The notes under the pieces are model-generated. The model was not told the origin of the DNA. It worked only from the letters and a program-made list of their open reading frames with translations, and ran no database searches. The translations under genes were made by a program, and so were the position numbers. Positions 10,085 to 21,198 of a stretch of 64,000 nt of DNA are shown piece by piece. How positions within the stretch are numbered: position 1 is the stretch's first letter; each line of letters begins with the position of its first letter. This stretch comes from Thermodesulfobacteriota bacterium (GTDB lineage: Bacteria > Desulfobacterota_D > UBA1144 > Nemesobacterales > UBA2774), in the NCBI GenBank assembly GCA_963422265.1, contig OY729416.1, forward strand, positions 1,568,001-1,632,000, written 5' to 3'.

Positions 10085-10500
10085 TATAGTAGTTTTATTA
10101 TAATTCATCCAGTAACCATCGAACCAAGATTGGAAAACATGCCGTTTCCATTGAGGGTGTGCTGTATATTATTGATACTACCGATATTAGCTGTATTCCT
10201 GCTGCCGCTCTTATCACTAGCTATCCGCCACTTTTCCGTGACAAAGAACAGAAAATCTCTTACGACGGAGACAATAGACTGAAGCTTCTTAACATTATAG
10301 CTTTTTGTTTCGTCGTTTTTTGGTACGTCTGTTCAGTTATAGATAGTACCCAAGCAAAGGTGCCCAGAGTAAGAACCGTATGGAAACTGCATATTTTTTG
10401 TACTTGCCCGATCTTCAAAATATTTGCCGTGTGAGCCTAGCGTAAAGCCATTACAAAGATGTGGTTTTGATTTGTTTCTATCGAAATCTTTGAGTTGCGC
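10085..10500 (-). pseudogene. Decayed EcoRV-family restriction endonuclease (C-terminal part)
   Basis: Manual translation: NGFTLGSHGKYF..RASTKNMQFPY.SY..HLCLG.IYN*(TGA 10335-10333)...EKWRIASDKSGSRNTANIGSI...[frameshift]WFDGYWMNY. Resembles the EcoRV GSGNTTNIGSI recognition loop. Confidence 0.75.
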
Positions 10501-10533
10501 TTCAAATTCTTCTTTTGCTGTTATTTACCTATC

Positions 10534-12807
10534 TTAGTTTAAATACCCAGCGATGATCTTCTTAATACCATAACCTGGGAAAAAGACCGAAACTTTGGTC
10601 ATGTATCCCGTTCCTTCCACTTTCTCCACAATCCCTTGACCAAATTTTGCATGGCTCGCCTTTTGTCCTACCTTATACTTGACGTTCTTATCAGCGTTTG
10701 CGCCGCCATGTGGTTTCTTCGGTCTATTAAGTTCTCCTTTGTCTACATCCCTAAGTTCCATCGGGGATTGGGGGCTATCTTCACGTTTGCTGCCCCTATT
10801 AAGCACCTCCCATTTAAGAGCTTGCGCCGGAAGCTCGCTTATAAACCTCGAAGGCTTAGCCCTTTGCTCAGTCCCAAACACGCTCCTGCGCGATGAAGAA
10901 CTTAGATATAACTTGTCCATGGCGCGAGTGAGTCCGACGTATAACAATCTTCTTTCTTCCTCTACGTTACCGTCTTTAGTTGAATTAATATGGGGTAAAA
11001 GTTTTTCTTCAAGTCCAACGATAAAAACGACTGGGAATTCAAGTCCCTTCGCTTTGTGAAGAGTCATAAGAGCGACTCGGTCAGTCTCTTCGTCGTCAGC
11101 AGCCTCAAAGTCGCTTGCAAGGGATATCCATGCAAGAAAATCGTGAATATTTGTCCCTTCCCCGCTCAGAGTTGGGGACATGCCTTCTTCTTTCTCAAAT
11201 TCCGCGATGATATTTAACATCTCCCCTACGTTTTGCCTTCTATCTTCCTCTTTCTCAAGAATCTCGTCGTATCCCGTTTCCCGCAAAAGGTAATTGACAA
11301 ACTCACCTATTCCTTGCTTCTTTGAGAAACTGATGAGCGCGTTTATTAGATCATAAAAGCCTTTGACCCTCTTTAGTGGCAGTCCCGGTAAAAGCCCTTC
11401 ATTAATCGCCACCCTTATCGCATCAAAGAGAGACGTGTCATTTTTCTTGGCGATCTCGCCCAACATATAAGTAGTAGCTTTCCCAATTCCACGAGGAGGC
11501 ATGTTGATAATCCGTTTAAGGCTAATGTCATCTAACGGGTTTGCTATTATCTTGAGATAAGCCATTAAGTCTTTTATTTCGGATCGTTGATAAAACCCTA
11601 CTCCGCCCACCATTACGTATGGAATTCCGCTACGTGAAAGCTCTGCCTCAATCAATCTCGATTGGTTGTTTGTTCTAAAAAGCACCGCCACTTCGTTGTA
11701 TGAGTATTTCGAACGTGTCCCCAACTCTGATCGGGACTCGGTCTGCGGAGAGAGCAGCCGATCTGGCTCCTCGGTAGGGCTCGAGAACGCGCTTATCAGC
11801 CGAATCTGAGACGACACGTATTCGGCTTCATCTTTCTCGTCACGCGCCACATAATAACTTATTAAATCTCCCCCGACCCTTTCCGTCCAGAGCTCCTTTT
11901 CACTCCTGTTCCTATTCTTACATATCAGCTCATTCGCAGCGTTTAGTATGGTTTCCGTTGACCTGTAATTCTTCTCGAGCTTGACCGTTTTGGCGTCTGA
12001 AAAGTCTTTCTCAAAGTTGAGTATGTTTTGCAAGTCCGCCCCCCTCCAACCATATATTGACTGATTGTCGTCTCCTACGATAAACAGGTTCCTATGCTTT
12101 CTTGAAAGAATCTCAATTATTTTATACTGCACGTGATTCGTATCCTGATACTCATCAACTAAAATATGATGAAACTGCTCTTGATAGCTCTCAAGTATCT
12201 CTGGCTTTTCTAAAAAGAGCTTAACCGTGAGGCTAAGCAGGTCTCCAAAGTCTAGGGCGTTTGATTTTCTCATCTCTTTTTCATAGAGATCATATATTCT
12301 TGAAACCCTTTCATAATAGATATCTGATACGAACTCTTCCAGATCAAGCCCTCTGCTTTTAGCGCCATTTATATAGGACCTTGCAGACTTTGGCTCAAGA
12401 GAATTTTCTCCTATATTGAGGTCCGTCATGCACTGCTTAATTAACCTAATTTGATCGCTTTCATCGTAGATCACGAAATCTCGTCTGAATCCCTCCAGAT
12501 TACTTATGTCTTTTTTTAAGATTCTGAGGCATATAGCATGAAAAGTTCCTATCCACAGATGTTTGGATTGGTTTGATAAAAGTTGGTCGATACGCCCCTT
12601 CATTTCATTAGCGGCTTTATTTGTGAACGTAACGGCTAGGATGTTACGCGTCTTTACCTTTCGCTCACCTATAAGTAGCGCTATGCGCTCGGTGATAATT
12701 CTTGTTTTGCCTGATCCTGCCCCTGCCAGAACGAGAAGGGGTCCACCAGTGTGGTTAACGGCTTCCGACTGAGAGCTATTTAGATTGCTTTGAGGTTTAG
12801 ACAACAT
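10534..12807 (-). CDS. uvrD: UvrD/PcrA ATP-dependent DNA helicase
   Basis: LAGAGSGKT, TFTNKAA, VDEYQDTN, VGDDNQSIYGWRGA, TLHKAKGLEF, EERRLLYVGLTRA. Confidence 0.95.
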   Translation of the reverse strand: MLSKPQSNLNSSQSEAVNHTGGPLLVLAGAGSGKTRIITERIALLIGERKVKTRNILAVTFTNKAANEMKGRIDQLLSNQSKHLWIGTFHAICLRILKKDISNLEGFRRDFVIYDESDQIRLIKQCMTDLNIGENSLEPKSARSYINGAKSRGLDLEEFVSDIYYERVSRIYDLYEKEMRKSNALDFGDLLSLTVKLFLEKPEILESYQEQFHHILVDEYQDTNHVQYKIIEILSRKHRNLFIVGDDNQSIYGWRGADLQNILNFEKDFSDAKTVKLEKNYRSTETILNAANELICKNRNRSEKELWTERVGGDLISYYVARDEKDEAEYVSSQIRLISAFSSPTEEPDRLLSPQTESRSELGTRSKYSYNEVAVLFRTNNQSRLIEAELSRSGIPYVMVGGVGFYQRSEIKDLMAYLKIIANPLDDISLKRIINMPPRGIGKATTYMLGEIAKKNDTSLFDAIRVAINEGLLPGLPLKRVKGFYDLINALISFSKKQGIGEFVNYLLRETGYDEILEKEEDRRQNVGEMLNIIAEFEKEEGMSPTLSGEGTNIHDFLAWISLASDFEAADDEETDRVALMTLHKAKGLEFPVVFIVGLEEKLLPHINSTKDGNVEEERRLLYVGLTRAMDKLYLSSSSRRSVFGTEQRAKPSRFISELPAQALKWEVLNRGSKREDSPQSPMELRDVDKGELNRPKKPHGGANADKNVKYKVGQKASHAKFGQGIVEKVEGTGYMTKVSVFFPGYGIKKIIAGYLN

Positions 12808-12959
12808 CTGAGCAGCTTTAAGTTAATTCCTCTAATCTCTTAAGAAGGGAACAAGAAACGCAATAAGTTGTGAAAAACCTATACGCGCTACTGCAAAAAA
12901 CAAGATTTAGCCTAAAGCTAATAATTGATTTTAAGCAGGATTTAGTTTATTACTTGTCT

Positions 12960-13736
12960 ATGGCTACGAGTACTCTTATTTCTTACGAGCCTTTAGATAA
13001 TCTTAGGGGAAAAGCCTATTATTGGAAGGAATACGTGAACTTTTACGAAATGTATTGGGGCGGGCCTACCTCGCCTTTCGGCGTGTGGTTCGGTAATGAG
13101 TACAAAGCCTTTAGAGAGTCTTTAGCCTCAAACTTAGAAATGGATGAGCGGGAGATAGAAGACTGTTTCTTTATGAAAGATGAAGATGGAAAGCATTACG
13201 TCGCTCCAATCAATTCTAGGGCTAATCTGCTATTTTCTAAAAATACAATTCCACTTCACTGGTTCGTCTTGTTCAACAAGGAAGATAGGAAGATTTTATA
13301 TACGCATTGGGGTTTTAACGCTATTCACTACGACGCGAGGATTGGAACTGCCATTGATAGGGTTAAAGAAGCGATGGGCATACTGCAAAAGCTTAATGAA
13401 AATAACTATAAAGATTCTACCTTATCTAAGCATGGCGGGAGTATAAATGAAATTTTAAAAGGGTTGAATACGCTCAAAGACTGGCTTTGGGGTTTTGATC
13501 GTTCTGGATTTATAGTATTAAACTATGGAGAAGTCTGCTCGCTCATTCATCCTTCCACTCTTAAAAACGAGCGATCTGTAGAAGAGATTTGGAACGTTAT
13601 CCGATTCATTGAAAGAGGATATTTTAATGAGGCTAGCTCCTCTCTCATAGTCTTAATGCAAAAATGGGAAGAAATTAAGAGTAAGGCGGCGAGGGGGGGC
13701 GTAATGGAAGAAGACACCTCTCTACTGCTTAGTTAA
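12960..13736 (+). CDS. Hypothetical protein
   Basis: 258-aa ORF ending 2 nt before nth; ATG 12960 chosen as start. Confidence 0.75.
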   Translation: MATSTLISYEPLDNLRGKAYYWKEYVNFYEMYWGGPTSPFGVWFGNEYKAFRESLASNLEMDEREIEDCFFMKDEDGKHYVAPINSRANLLFSKNTIPLHWFVLFNKEDRKILYTHWGFNAIHYDARIGTAIDRVKEAMGILQKLNENNYKDSTLSKHGGSINEILKGLNTLKDWLWGFDRSGFIVLNYGEVCSLIHPSTLKNERSVEEIWNVIRFIERGYFNEASSSLIVLMQKWEEIKSKAARGGVMEEDTSLLLS

Positions 13737-13738
13737 AC

Positions 13739-14395
13739 ATGGAAACGAATGATATTCGCCTAGCGTTAAAAACTCTTAAAAAAGAGGGCCGCAATTGGGA
13801 CGTGCCAATTGTTACACTAGAAGCTGAGACTTCACGAGATCCTTTCAGGGTTCTTATTTCAACTGTTCTGAGTCTTCGCACTAAGGACGAGACTACGGCT
13901 GTAGCTTCTAGATCGTTGTTTAAGCTCGCCGATAGTCCCTCAGACATGGTCAAGCTAAGTGAGAAGGAGATTATTAAAGTGATTTATCCAGTCGGTTTTT
14001 ACAGAACCAAGGCGAAGAGGATCCGCGAGATTTGCCGCGACTTAATAGATAAGCACGCCTCTAAGGTTCCCGATGACCTAGATGAGCTTCTAAAACTAAA
14101 AGGGGTCGGTAGAAAAACTGCGAACCTTGTTATCACGCTAGGTTACAACAAACTCGGGATTTGCGTTGATACACACGTTCACAGAATCTCAAACCGTTTC
14201 GGTTATATAAAAACCAAAACCCCAGAGGAAACGGAAATTACTCTTAGAAGCAAGCTCCCAGAAGAATACTGGATTGATTACAACAGTCTTCTCGTAGCGT
14301 TAGGACAAAGTCTGTGCCGACCGCTTTCTCCTAAATGCTCAGTGTGCCCAGTTGAAAAATACTGTGGAAGGATCGGAGTGCTTAAGAGCAGATAA
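13739..14395 (+). CDS. nth: Endonuclease III
   Basis: HhH LKGVGRKTANLV, VDTHVHR, C-x6-C-x2-C-x5-C 4Fe-4S motif. Confidence 0.95.
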   Translation: METNDIRLALKTLKKEGRNWDVPIVTLEAETSRDPFRVLISTVLSLRTKDETTAVASRSLFKLADSPSDMVKLSEKEIIKVIYPVGFYRTKAKRIREICRDLIDKHASKVPDDLDELLKLKGVGRKTANLVITLGYNKLGICVDTHVHRISNRFGYIKTKTPEETEITLRSKLPEEYWIDYNSLLVALGQSLCRPLSPKCSVCPVEKYCGRIGVLKSR

Positions 14396-14559
14396 TGAAA
14401 CAGCCATATTCAACAAACCCTCACATTATCAAAACCCGCTTCAACGCAAGTTATTGACTATCTTTCCACAGCAAATATACTTCAACTATCTTATTCTATA
14501 AATACAATTCCAAATTAAACTGAAATAATTAAGCATAAACCCTTAGGGGGTAAAGAACT

Positions 14560-15078
14560 TTGGAAACGGTTATGTTCTATATCTTCGCAATTCTAGCCGT
14601 AGCAGGCGCGCTTTTGGTCATATCGCATGGAAACCCTGTTACAAGCGCCGTTTCACTAGTTCTTACACTATTCGCGACTGCAGTTCTGTTTGTTCTCCTG
14701 TCAGCTCATTTCGTCGCTGCCGTGCAGATACTAGTATATGCTGGCGCTATAATGATACTGTTCTTGTTTACCGTGATGTTCTTGAACCTGAGACCCGAAG
14801 CCCTTAAGTTTGACTCAAAGAATATGCCTTTTAAGGTAAGCATCTTGCTCATAGCGCTTTTATTCATAGGTTATTTAGCCAGTCTCGGATTCAGCAAGGG
14901 TCTTGCCGAACCCGCTCTACGAGGAGACGATGGAACGAAAATCGGAGACTTTGGCACAGTTCAGTCCGTAGGCACGTCTCTGTTTACACAACACCTACTA
15001 CCTTTCGAGCTTACGTCGGTATTGATCGCCGTTGCCATTGTAGGTGTAATTGCTATAGCCAAGAGGAGTGAGGGCTAA
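14560..15078 (+). CDS. nuoJ: NADH-quinone oxidoreductase subunit J
   Basis: QILVYAGAIMILFLF, PFELTSVL. Confidence 0.93.
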   Translation: METVMFYIFAILAVAGALLVISHGNPVTSAVSLVLTLFATAVLFVLLSAHFVAAVQILVYAGAIMILFLFTVMFLNLRPEALKFDSKNMPFKVSILLIALLFIGYLASLGFSKGLAEPALRGDDGTKIGDFGTVQSVGTSLFTQHLLPFELTSVLIAVAIVGVIAIAKRSEG

Positions 15079-15388
15079 AGAGTTGGGCGTCTCTATAGAA
15101 CATTACCTAGTGCTGAGCTCTATCCTTTTCGTAATCGGGGCTTACGGAGTCATAGCAAGAAAGAATTTGCTCATCGTGCTTATGTCCCTTGAAATTATGC
15201 TTAACTCCGCAAACCTGGCTTTCGTTGCGTTCTCAAGGGCTCTCGATGACGTTACTGGCCACGTATTTATGATTATGTCTCTTACCGTCGCGGCGGCAGA
15301 AGTCGCCGTGGGGCTTGCTCTAATAGTATCCATCTATTCTCATAGGGAAAGTTTGAATATAGACCTGCTAAAACTGCTTAAAGGCTAA
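15068..15388 (+). CDS. nuoK: NADH-quinone oxidoreductase subunit K
   Basis: SLEIMLNSANL, AAAEVAVGLA. Confidence 0.95.
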   Translation: MRAKELGVSIEHYLVLSSILFVIGAYGVIARKNLLIVLMSLEIMLNSANLAFVAFSRALDDVTGHVFMIMSLTVAAAEVAVGLALIVSIYSHRESLNIDLLKLLKG

Positions 15389-15394
15389 TTAAAA

Positions 15395-17398
15395 ATGATT
15401 GCTTGGATCATATTAACGCCTCTCATTGGCGCAATAGTAAATGGGCTAGTATTCGCGTCCGGGTTTTGGAGAAAGGCGCTCAATGGAGACGATCACAACG
15501 AAAAGAGCGCAGTAAATGTAATTGGTTCAGGCGCGGTGTTAATATCAGCCATACTCACGTCGTTGCTTTTCATAAAGTTGTTATCACTCGACCCCTCTCA
15601 GCGGCAGATTATAGAATCCTTGTTTATTTGGATACCTTCTGGAGCGCTCTCAGTGAGTTTTGAATTCATGTTCGACTCCCTATCGTGCATAATGGCTCTT
15701 GTCATCACGTGGATTGGTTTTTTAATTCACGTTTATTCAATAGGCTACATGCAGCACGATAAAGCATACGCAAAATATTTTACTTATCTCAATATATTCA
15801 TATTCTTTATGCTAATCCTTGTGCTTGGAAACAACTTCCTGCTTATGTTCGTCGGCTGGGAGGGGGTAGGGCTAGCTTCTTATTTGCTCATAGGTTTCTG
15901 GTATGATGACAGTGAGAAGGCTTACGCCGGAAGAAAAGCGTTTATTGTAAATAGGATAGGCGATTTTGGATTCATTTTAGCCATACTGCTCATATTTCTA
16001 GCGTTTGGTTCCGTGAATTACCAAGACGTATTTGGTAAGGCGATGGACCCTTCATTCCTAAGAGATATTTCCGCCGTCGAATTAATGGGCTTGGGGGCAG
16101 GAGCCACCATTACTTTAATTGGGATTTTACTATTTATAGGCGCCGCGGGAAAGTCAGCTCAATTTCCGCTCTACGTATGGCTTCCCGATGCCATGGCGGG
16201 ACCTACTCCCGTAAGTGCACTTATACATGCTGCTACAATGGTTACGGCAGGGGTTTATATGATGGCGCGGTGTAACGTCTTTTATTCTCAATCCCCTACC
16301 GCTCAGATTATTGTCGTATCCATAGCAGCTTTCACCGCCATATTGGCGGCAGCTATCGCAATTACGCAAAACGATATAAAGAAAGTCCTCGCTTATTCAA
16401 CGGTGAGTCAGCTCGGATATATGGTTATGGCTATAGGAGTGGGCGCCTACGCCGCTGGGTTGTATCACCTAGTAACCCATGCGTTTTTCAAGGCGCTTTT
16501 GTTCTTAGGTTCAGGAAGCGTCATACACGCTATGGGAGGCGAGCAAGACATAAGAAAGATGGGTGAACTTAGAAAATCTATTCCCATCACTGCTATAACC
16601 TTCTTGGTAGGCGTTTTAGCAATATCCGGTGCGCCATTCTTATCTGGCTTTTTTAGCAAAGATGAGATTTTAGCCGCGCTTTACGACAGGGGCTATACTT
16701 TGCATTGGGTGATAGCGCTCATCACTGCCGTCCTAACTGCCCTATACATGTTCAGGCTTTATTTGCTCACCTTCGAGGGTAAATCTAGGGTTGTTTATAG
16801 CCTAAAGCCATACGTTAACGAATCCCCTTATTCAATGACCATACCCCTTATGATTTTAGCCGCGCTTTCTATCCTGGGTGGTTACATGGGTGTCCCCGAT
16901 TTCATGTCTAAAGCGGTTGGGCTTCACGACGCTAATATATTTGAGAGATTCGTCTCAAGTTCTATCCTTAGTTATGATTCTAAGGAAACAATCCACCATT
17001 TTTTTGGCCATTGGACTCTAGTAGCATTCTCGGTTTCGGCAGCTATTCTAGGTTCTGCTGCGGCATTCTTCCTTTACTCCTTCAAGCCGGGCAGCGCAAG
17101 TAAAATTGCTGAGAGTAAAGCCGTCAAGCCCCTTTACAAAGCCTCTAGCAATAAATGGTATTTAGATGAACTCTATGATCACATATTTGTAAAGCCGTTC
17201 TTTTTCGTATCCAGTTGGGTCGCTAAACTTGACCTTGATTATATAGACGGGGCGGTAAATAGTATTGCGGTTATGTTAAAAAAGGCCGCTCAAACCTTAA
17301 AAACCGTTCAGAGCGGGGCTTTACGAAGCTACGTTACTCTTATGGCAATAGGAACCTTGGCAATTTTGGCGTTTATCTTCTTGCGGCGAGAATTCTAA
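15395..17398 (+). CDS. nuoL: NADH-quinone oxidoreductase subunit L
   Basis: GWEGVG, NRIGDFG, KSAQFPL..WLPDAMAGPTPVSALIHAATMV. Confidence 0.96.
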   Translation: MIAWIILTPLIGAIVNGLVFASGFWRKALNGDDHNEKSAVNVIGSGAVLISAILTSLLFIKLLSLDPSQRQIIESLFIWIPSGALSVSFEFMFDSLSCIMALVITWIGFLIHVYSIGYMQHDKAYAKYFTYLNIFIFFMLILVLGNNFLLMFVGWEGVGLASYLLIGFWYDDSEKAYAGRKAFIVNRIGDFGFILAILLIFLAFGSVNYQDVFGKAMDPSFLRDISAVELMGLGAGATITLIGILLFIGAAGKSAQFPLYVWLPDAMAGPTPVSALIHAATMVTAGVYMMARCNVFYSQSPTAQIIVVSIAAFTAILAAAIAITQNDIKKVLAYSTVSQLGYMVMAIGVGAYAAGLYHLVTHAFFKALLFLGSGSVIHAMGGEQDIRKMGELRKSIPITAITFLVGVLAISGAPFLSGFFSKDEILAALYDRGYTLHWVIALITAVLTALYMFRLYLLTFEGKSRVVYSLKPYVNESPYSMTIPLMILAALSILGGYMGVPDFMSKAVGLHDANIFERFVSSSILSYDSKETIHHFFGHWTLVAFSVSAAILGSAAAFFLYSFKPGSASKIAESKAVKPLYKASSNKWYLDELYDHIFVKPFFFVSSWVAKLDLDYIDGAVNSIAVMLKKAAQTLKTVQSGALRSYVTLMAIGTLAILAFIFLRREF

Positions 17399-17406
17399 CT
17401 ATAAAG

Positions 17407-17446
17407 ATTGCGAGCGCGGGCTGCTGTCTCGCAACCCACTCGCAAT
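17407..17446. terminator. Hairpin between convergent nuoL and glnA
   Basis: ATTGCGAG...CTCGCAAT with inner pairing. Confidence 0.6.
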
Positions 17447-17463
17447 TATTAACTCAATCGTTC

Positions 17464-18900
17464 TTACACGTCGTAATACAGCGTAAATTCATAAGGGACG
17501 GGTCTTAGTTTGATTGGGTTGACCTCGTTTTCCATTTTATACTCAATCCAGGTTTCAATCACGTCCTCGGTGAAGACGTCGCCTTTAAGAAGGAATTCAT
17601 GGTCATTCTCAAGCGCTTTAAGGGCGTCTTCAAGGGATCCCGGCACGGAAGGAATACCCTCGAGTTCCTCAGGACCCAATGCGTAAATATCTTTGTCTAG
17701 TGGATCACCAGCGTTTAGCTTTCTCTCTATTCCGTCAAGACCAGCCATCAGCATAGCTGAGAAGGCTAAGTAGCCGTTACACGACGGGTCGGGGAATCTA
17801 CACTCTATTCTCTTTGCTTTTGGACTCGGAGAATACATTGGAATTCTAACCGCGGCGCTGCGGTTTCTTGCTGAGTAAGCAAGATTAACGGGTGCTTCAA
17901 ACCCGGGCACAAGCCTTCTATAAGAATTGGTGGTAGGATTAGAGAAAGCACATATAGTAGGGGCGTGTTTTAGAATCCCCCCGATATAGCTCATAGCCAA
18001 CTCGCTCAACCCCGCATAGCTATTGCCGGCAAAGAGTGGTTTGTTTCTCTTCCAGATGGATTGGTGCACGTGCATACCAGAGCCGTTGTCTTCAAAAATG
18101 GGCTTAGGCATGAACGTAACGGTTTTACCATATTTTCTCGCAACATTCCTACACACGTATTTATACCACATCATTTGGTCGCCCATCGTGACCAACGGAG
18201 CGAACCTCATGTCAATCTCAGCCTGCCCCGCAGTTGCCACCTCGTGATGGTGAGCTTCTACTGCTATACCTAAGGACTGTAGGGTAAGAACCATCTCGGA
18301 TCTTAACTCCTGACAGGTGTCAGTTGGAGGAACCGGAAAATATCCCTCTTTATGCCTTGGTTTGTATCCCAAGTTAGGGTCTTCTTCGGCTCCTGAGTTC
18401 CATATTCCCTCTACAGAATCTACAAAGTAATATCCCGAGTTAGGAGTCTGGTCATATTTGACGTCGTCTAGTATAAAGAACTCTAACTCTGGCCCAAAAT
18501 AAACAGTATCTCCTACCCCGAGGCTCCTCATGTAAGTCTCTGCTTTTGTCGCTATGTTTCTGGGGTCTCTTGAGTATGGCTCGCGCGTTATAGGATCAAC
18601 TATATCGCATATTATAGCGAGGGTGGGAATATTCATAAAAGGATCCACTCTAGCGGTCGTCGCGTCTGGAACGACGAGCATATCGCTTGCGTGAATTGAC
18701 TGCCACCCTCTTATGCTAGACCCATCAAAACCCATCCCATCATCAAAACAGCTTTTATCAAACTCCGCTGCAGGGATGCTAAAGTGCTGCCACATACCTA
18801 TAAAATCTAAAAACCTAAAATCCACTATCTTGATGTTCTCATCCTTGACAAGCTTTAGAACATCTAATGGCTTTTTTGGAAACGTTTCAGCTTTACCCAT
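17464..18900 (-). CDS. glnA: Glutamine synthetase type I
   Basis: [39 protein letters not shown] 18900 with GGAGG SD. Confidence 0.98.
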   Translation of the reverse strand: MGKAETFPKKPLDVLKLVKDENIKIVDFRFLDFIGMWQHFSIPAAEFDKSCFDDGMGFDGSSIRGWQSIHASDMLVVPDATTARVDPFMNIPTLAIICDIVDPITREPYSRDPRNIATKAETYMRSLGVGDTVYFGPELEFFILDDVKYDQTPNSGYYFVDSVEGIWNSGAEEDPNLGYKPRHKEGYFPVPPTDTCQELRSEMVLTLQSLGIAVEAHHHEVATAGQAEIDMRFAPLVTMGDQMMWYKYVCRNVARKYGKTVTFMPKPIFEDNGSGMHVHQSIWKRNKPLFAGNSYAGLSELAMSYIGGILKHAPTICAFSNPTTNSYRRLVPGFEAPVNLAYSARNRSAAVRIPMYSPSPKAKRIECRFPDPSCNGYLAFSAMLMAGLDGIERKLNAGDPLDKDIYALGPEELEGIPSVPGSLEDALKALENDHEFLLKGDVFTEDVIETWIEYKMENEVNPIKLRPVPYEFTLYYDV

Positions 18901-19031
18901 TTTTACCTCCTCTATTATTTCTGTCTCTATATTTCTGTTCAAGTATTTTTTATTCGCGTAACTTTCTAACCTGTGGGCATCTTTAGAGAGACCTCGTTAC
19001 AGTTATAATTTTACGTCTTCCGGAGACTGTC

Positions 19032-19415
<384 letters not shown>

Positions 19416-19635
19416 TTAGAAAACCACATTTCAATCAATAATAATAGTAATTCTTGATAAGTTAACTACTTTATATGCCTTTTTTTTAAGCACAGAATTG
19501 TAAAAATTGAACATAAAGCTGATGAAACTGCCCGATTGATCATACTCGGGTTTATCTATTGCGATATAATGGTTGAGGATGTATATCGGATTACTTATTG
19601 ACAACGCCAGATTCAATAATTAAACATTATGTACA

Positions 19636-20754
19636 ATGAGAAGAACTTCACTATTTCCTATACATAAAGAGCTAGATGCTAAGATCGTAGAGTTCGCAGG
19701 CTGGGAGATGCCCGTTCAGTATGAAGGAGTCCGAGCCGAGCACTGCGTGGTTAGACGGCAAGCAGGTTTATTCGACATTAGTCACATGGGAGAGATAGAG
19801 GTTACAGGTAAAGAAGCGGCGAGGTTTTGTCAACTAGTTACGACTAACGACCTAGGCAGACTAGATAATTTTCAAGCTCAATACACGCTTTTCTGTAACT
19901 TTAGAGGTGGAGTAGTTGACGACGTAATTCTGTATAGATTTTCAGATGAGAGGCTGCTTTTTTGTGTAAACGCTTCTAATAGGACACAGGTTCTCGAATG
20001 GCTTAAGGGTCTAAGCCATATGTGCGACGTGGAAATCACGGATAGAAGCCATGAATTTGCTCAAGTTGCCATTCAGGGACCTGCATCTGAGCCTATACTC
20101 TCAAAAACCGTTGGTGAAGATTTAGGCGTTCTGCAGAGTTTTAGTTTTCGTTCCCTGAACTGGAGTGGAAAGGATTTGACTATATCCAGAACCGGCTACA
20201 CGGGAGAGGATGGGTTTGAGATATTTTTGCCATGGCAAGATGGTCAAAACCTTTGGACCGAACTAACCACTGTTGGTAAGCAATATGGACTAAAACCTTG
20301 TGGACTCGGTGCACGAGATACGCTTAGGATAGAGATGGGTTACTCGCTTTATGGGCATGAGATTAACGAACGTGTTAGTCCATTCGATGCGGGGCTTGGT
20401 AAATACGTAAAGATGTATAAAGAGGACTTTATCGGCAAGGAAGCCCTTCAGGACGCTTTGAGCAAAGGGAGTAAAAACAAGGTGGTGGGTTTTGAAATGA
20501 TTGCACGAGGGATTCCAAGGCAAGGATACGATATACTTAAAAACGGCGTTTCCTTGGGCAAGGTTACAAGCGGCACTTTGTCACCGACTCTTGATAAATC
20601 TATAGGTATTGGATACTTAAATAAGGAAGTTGAACACGGGGGTAGAATTGAAATATGGATCCGCGGTACCGCGAGAGAAGCCCTCGTAGTTGATCTGCCT
20701 TTTTATAAGCGTCAGGGTAGGGCTAGCATAAAGACACAATCAATAAAAAACTGA
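19636..20754 (+). CDS. gcvT: Glycine cleavage system aminomethyltransferase T
   Basis: FAGWEMPVQY, FDISHMGE, SRTGYTGEDGFE, GLGARDTLR.E. Confidence 0.96.
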   Translation: MRRTSLFPIHKELDAKIVEFAGWEMPVQYEGVRAEHCVVRRQAGLFDISHMGEIEVTGKEAARFCQLVTTNDLGRLDNFQAQYTLFCNFRGGVVDDVILYRFSDERLLFCVNASNRTQVLEWLKGLSHMCDVEITDRSHEFAQVAIQGPASEPILSKTVGEDLGVLQSFSFRSLNWSGKDLTISRTGYTGEDGFEIFLPWQDGQNLWTELTTVGKQYGLKPCGLGARDTLRIEMGYSLYGHEINERVSPFDAGLGKYVKMYKEDFIGKEALQDALSKGSKNKVVGFEMIARGIPRQGYDILKNGVSLGKVTSGTLSPTLDKSIGIGYLNKEVEHGGRIEIWIRGTAREALVVDLPFYKRQGRASIKTQSIKN

Positions 20755-20789
20755 AACAATATTGAGTTCTAAATGAAGGAGAATAAGCA

Positions 20790-21182
20790 ATGACGCAGAT
20801 ACCTGATGAGCCTAGATATACAGATGAGCATGAATGGGCTTTAGAGGGAAAGGGTCTATTGGTAATAGGTATTACTGATCATGCTCAGGAGGCCCTGGGT
20901 GAAATAGTTTATGTAGAGTTGCCAAGTGAGGGAGACGAAATTGCAAAGGGAGATTCTTTCGGCGCGGTGGAGTCAACCAAGGCGGTGTCGGATCTTTATG
21001 CTCCGGTAAAAGGTGAAATAATTGAGGTGAATGAAGCGCTTTTTAATTCCCCCGAGATTATTAACGAGGATCCTTATGGTGAGGGGTGGTTGATAAAGGT
21101 AAGACCTCATGATCCGACCGAGCTCGATGATCTAATGGACCATGAGGATTACGCTGAATTTCTTGAAAAAGATATAGGCTAA
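20790..21182 (+). CDS. gcvH: Glycine cleavage system H protein
   Basis: HEW, GITDHAQ, VESTKAVSD (lipoyl Lys), DPYGEGW. Confidence 0.96.
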   Translation: MTQIPDEPRYTDEHEWALEGKGLLVIGITDHAQEALGEIVYVELPSEGDEIAKGDSFGAVESTKAVSDLYAPVKGEIIEVNEALFNSPEIINEDPYGEGWLIKVRPHDPTELDDLMDHEDYAEFLEKDIG

Positions 21183-21198
21183 CAATTGCTATTTACCA

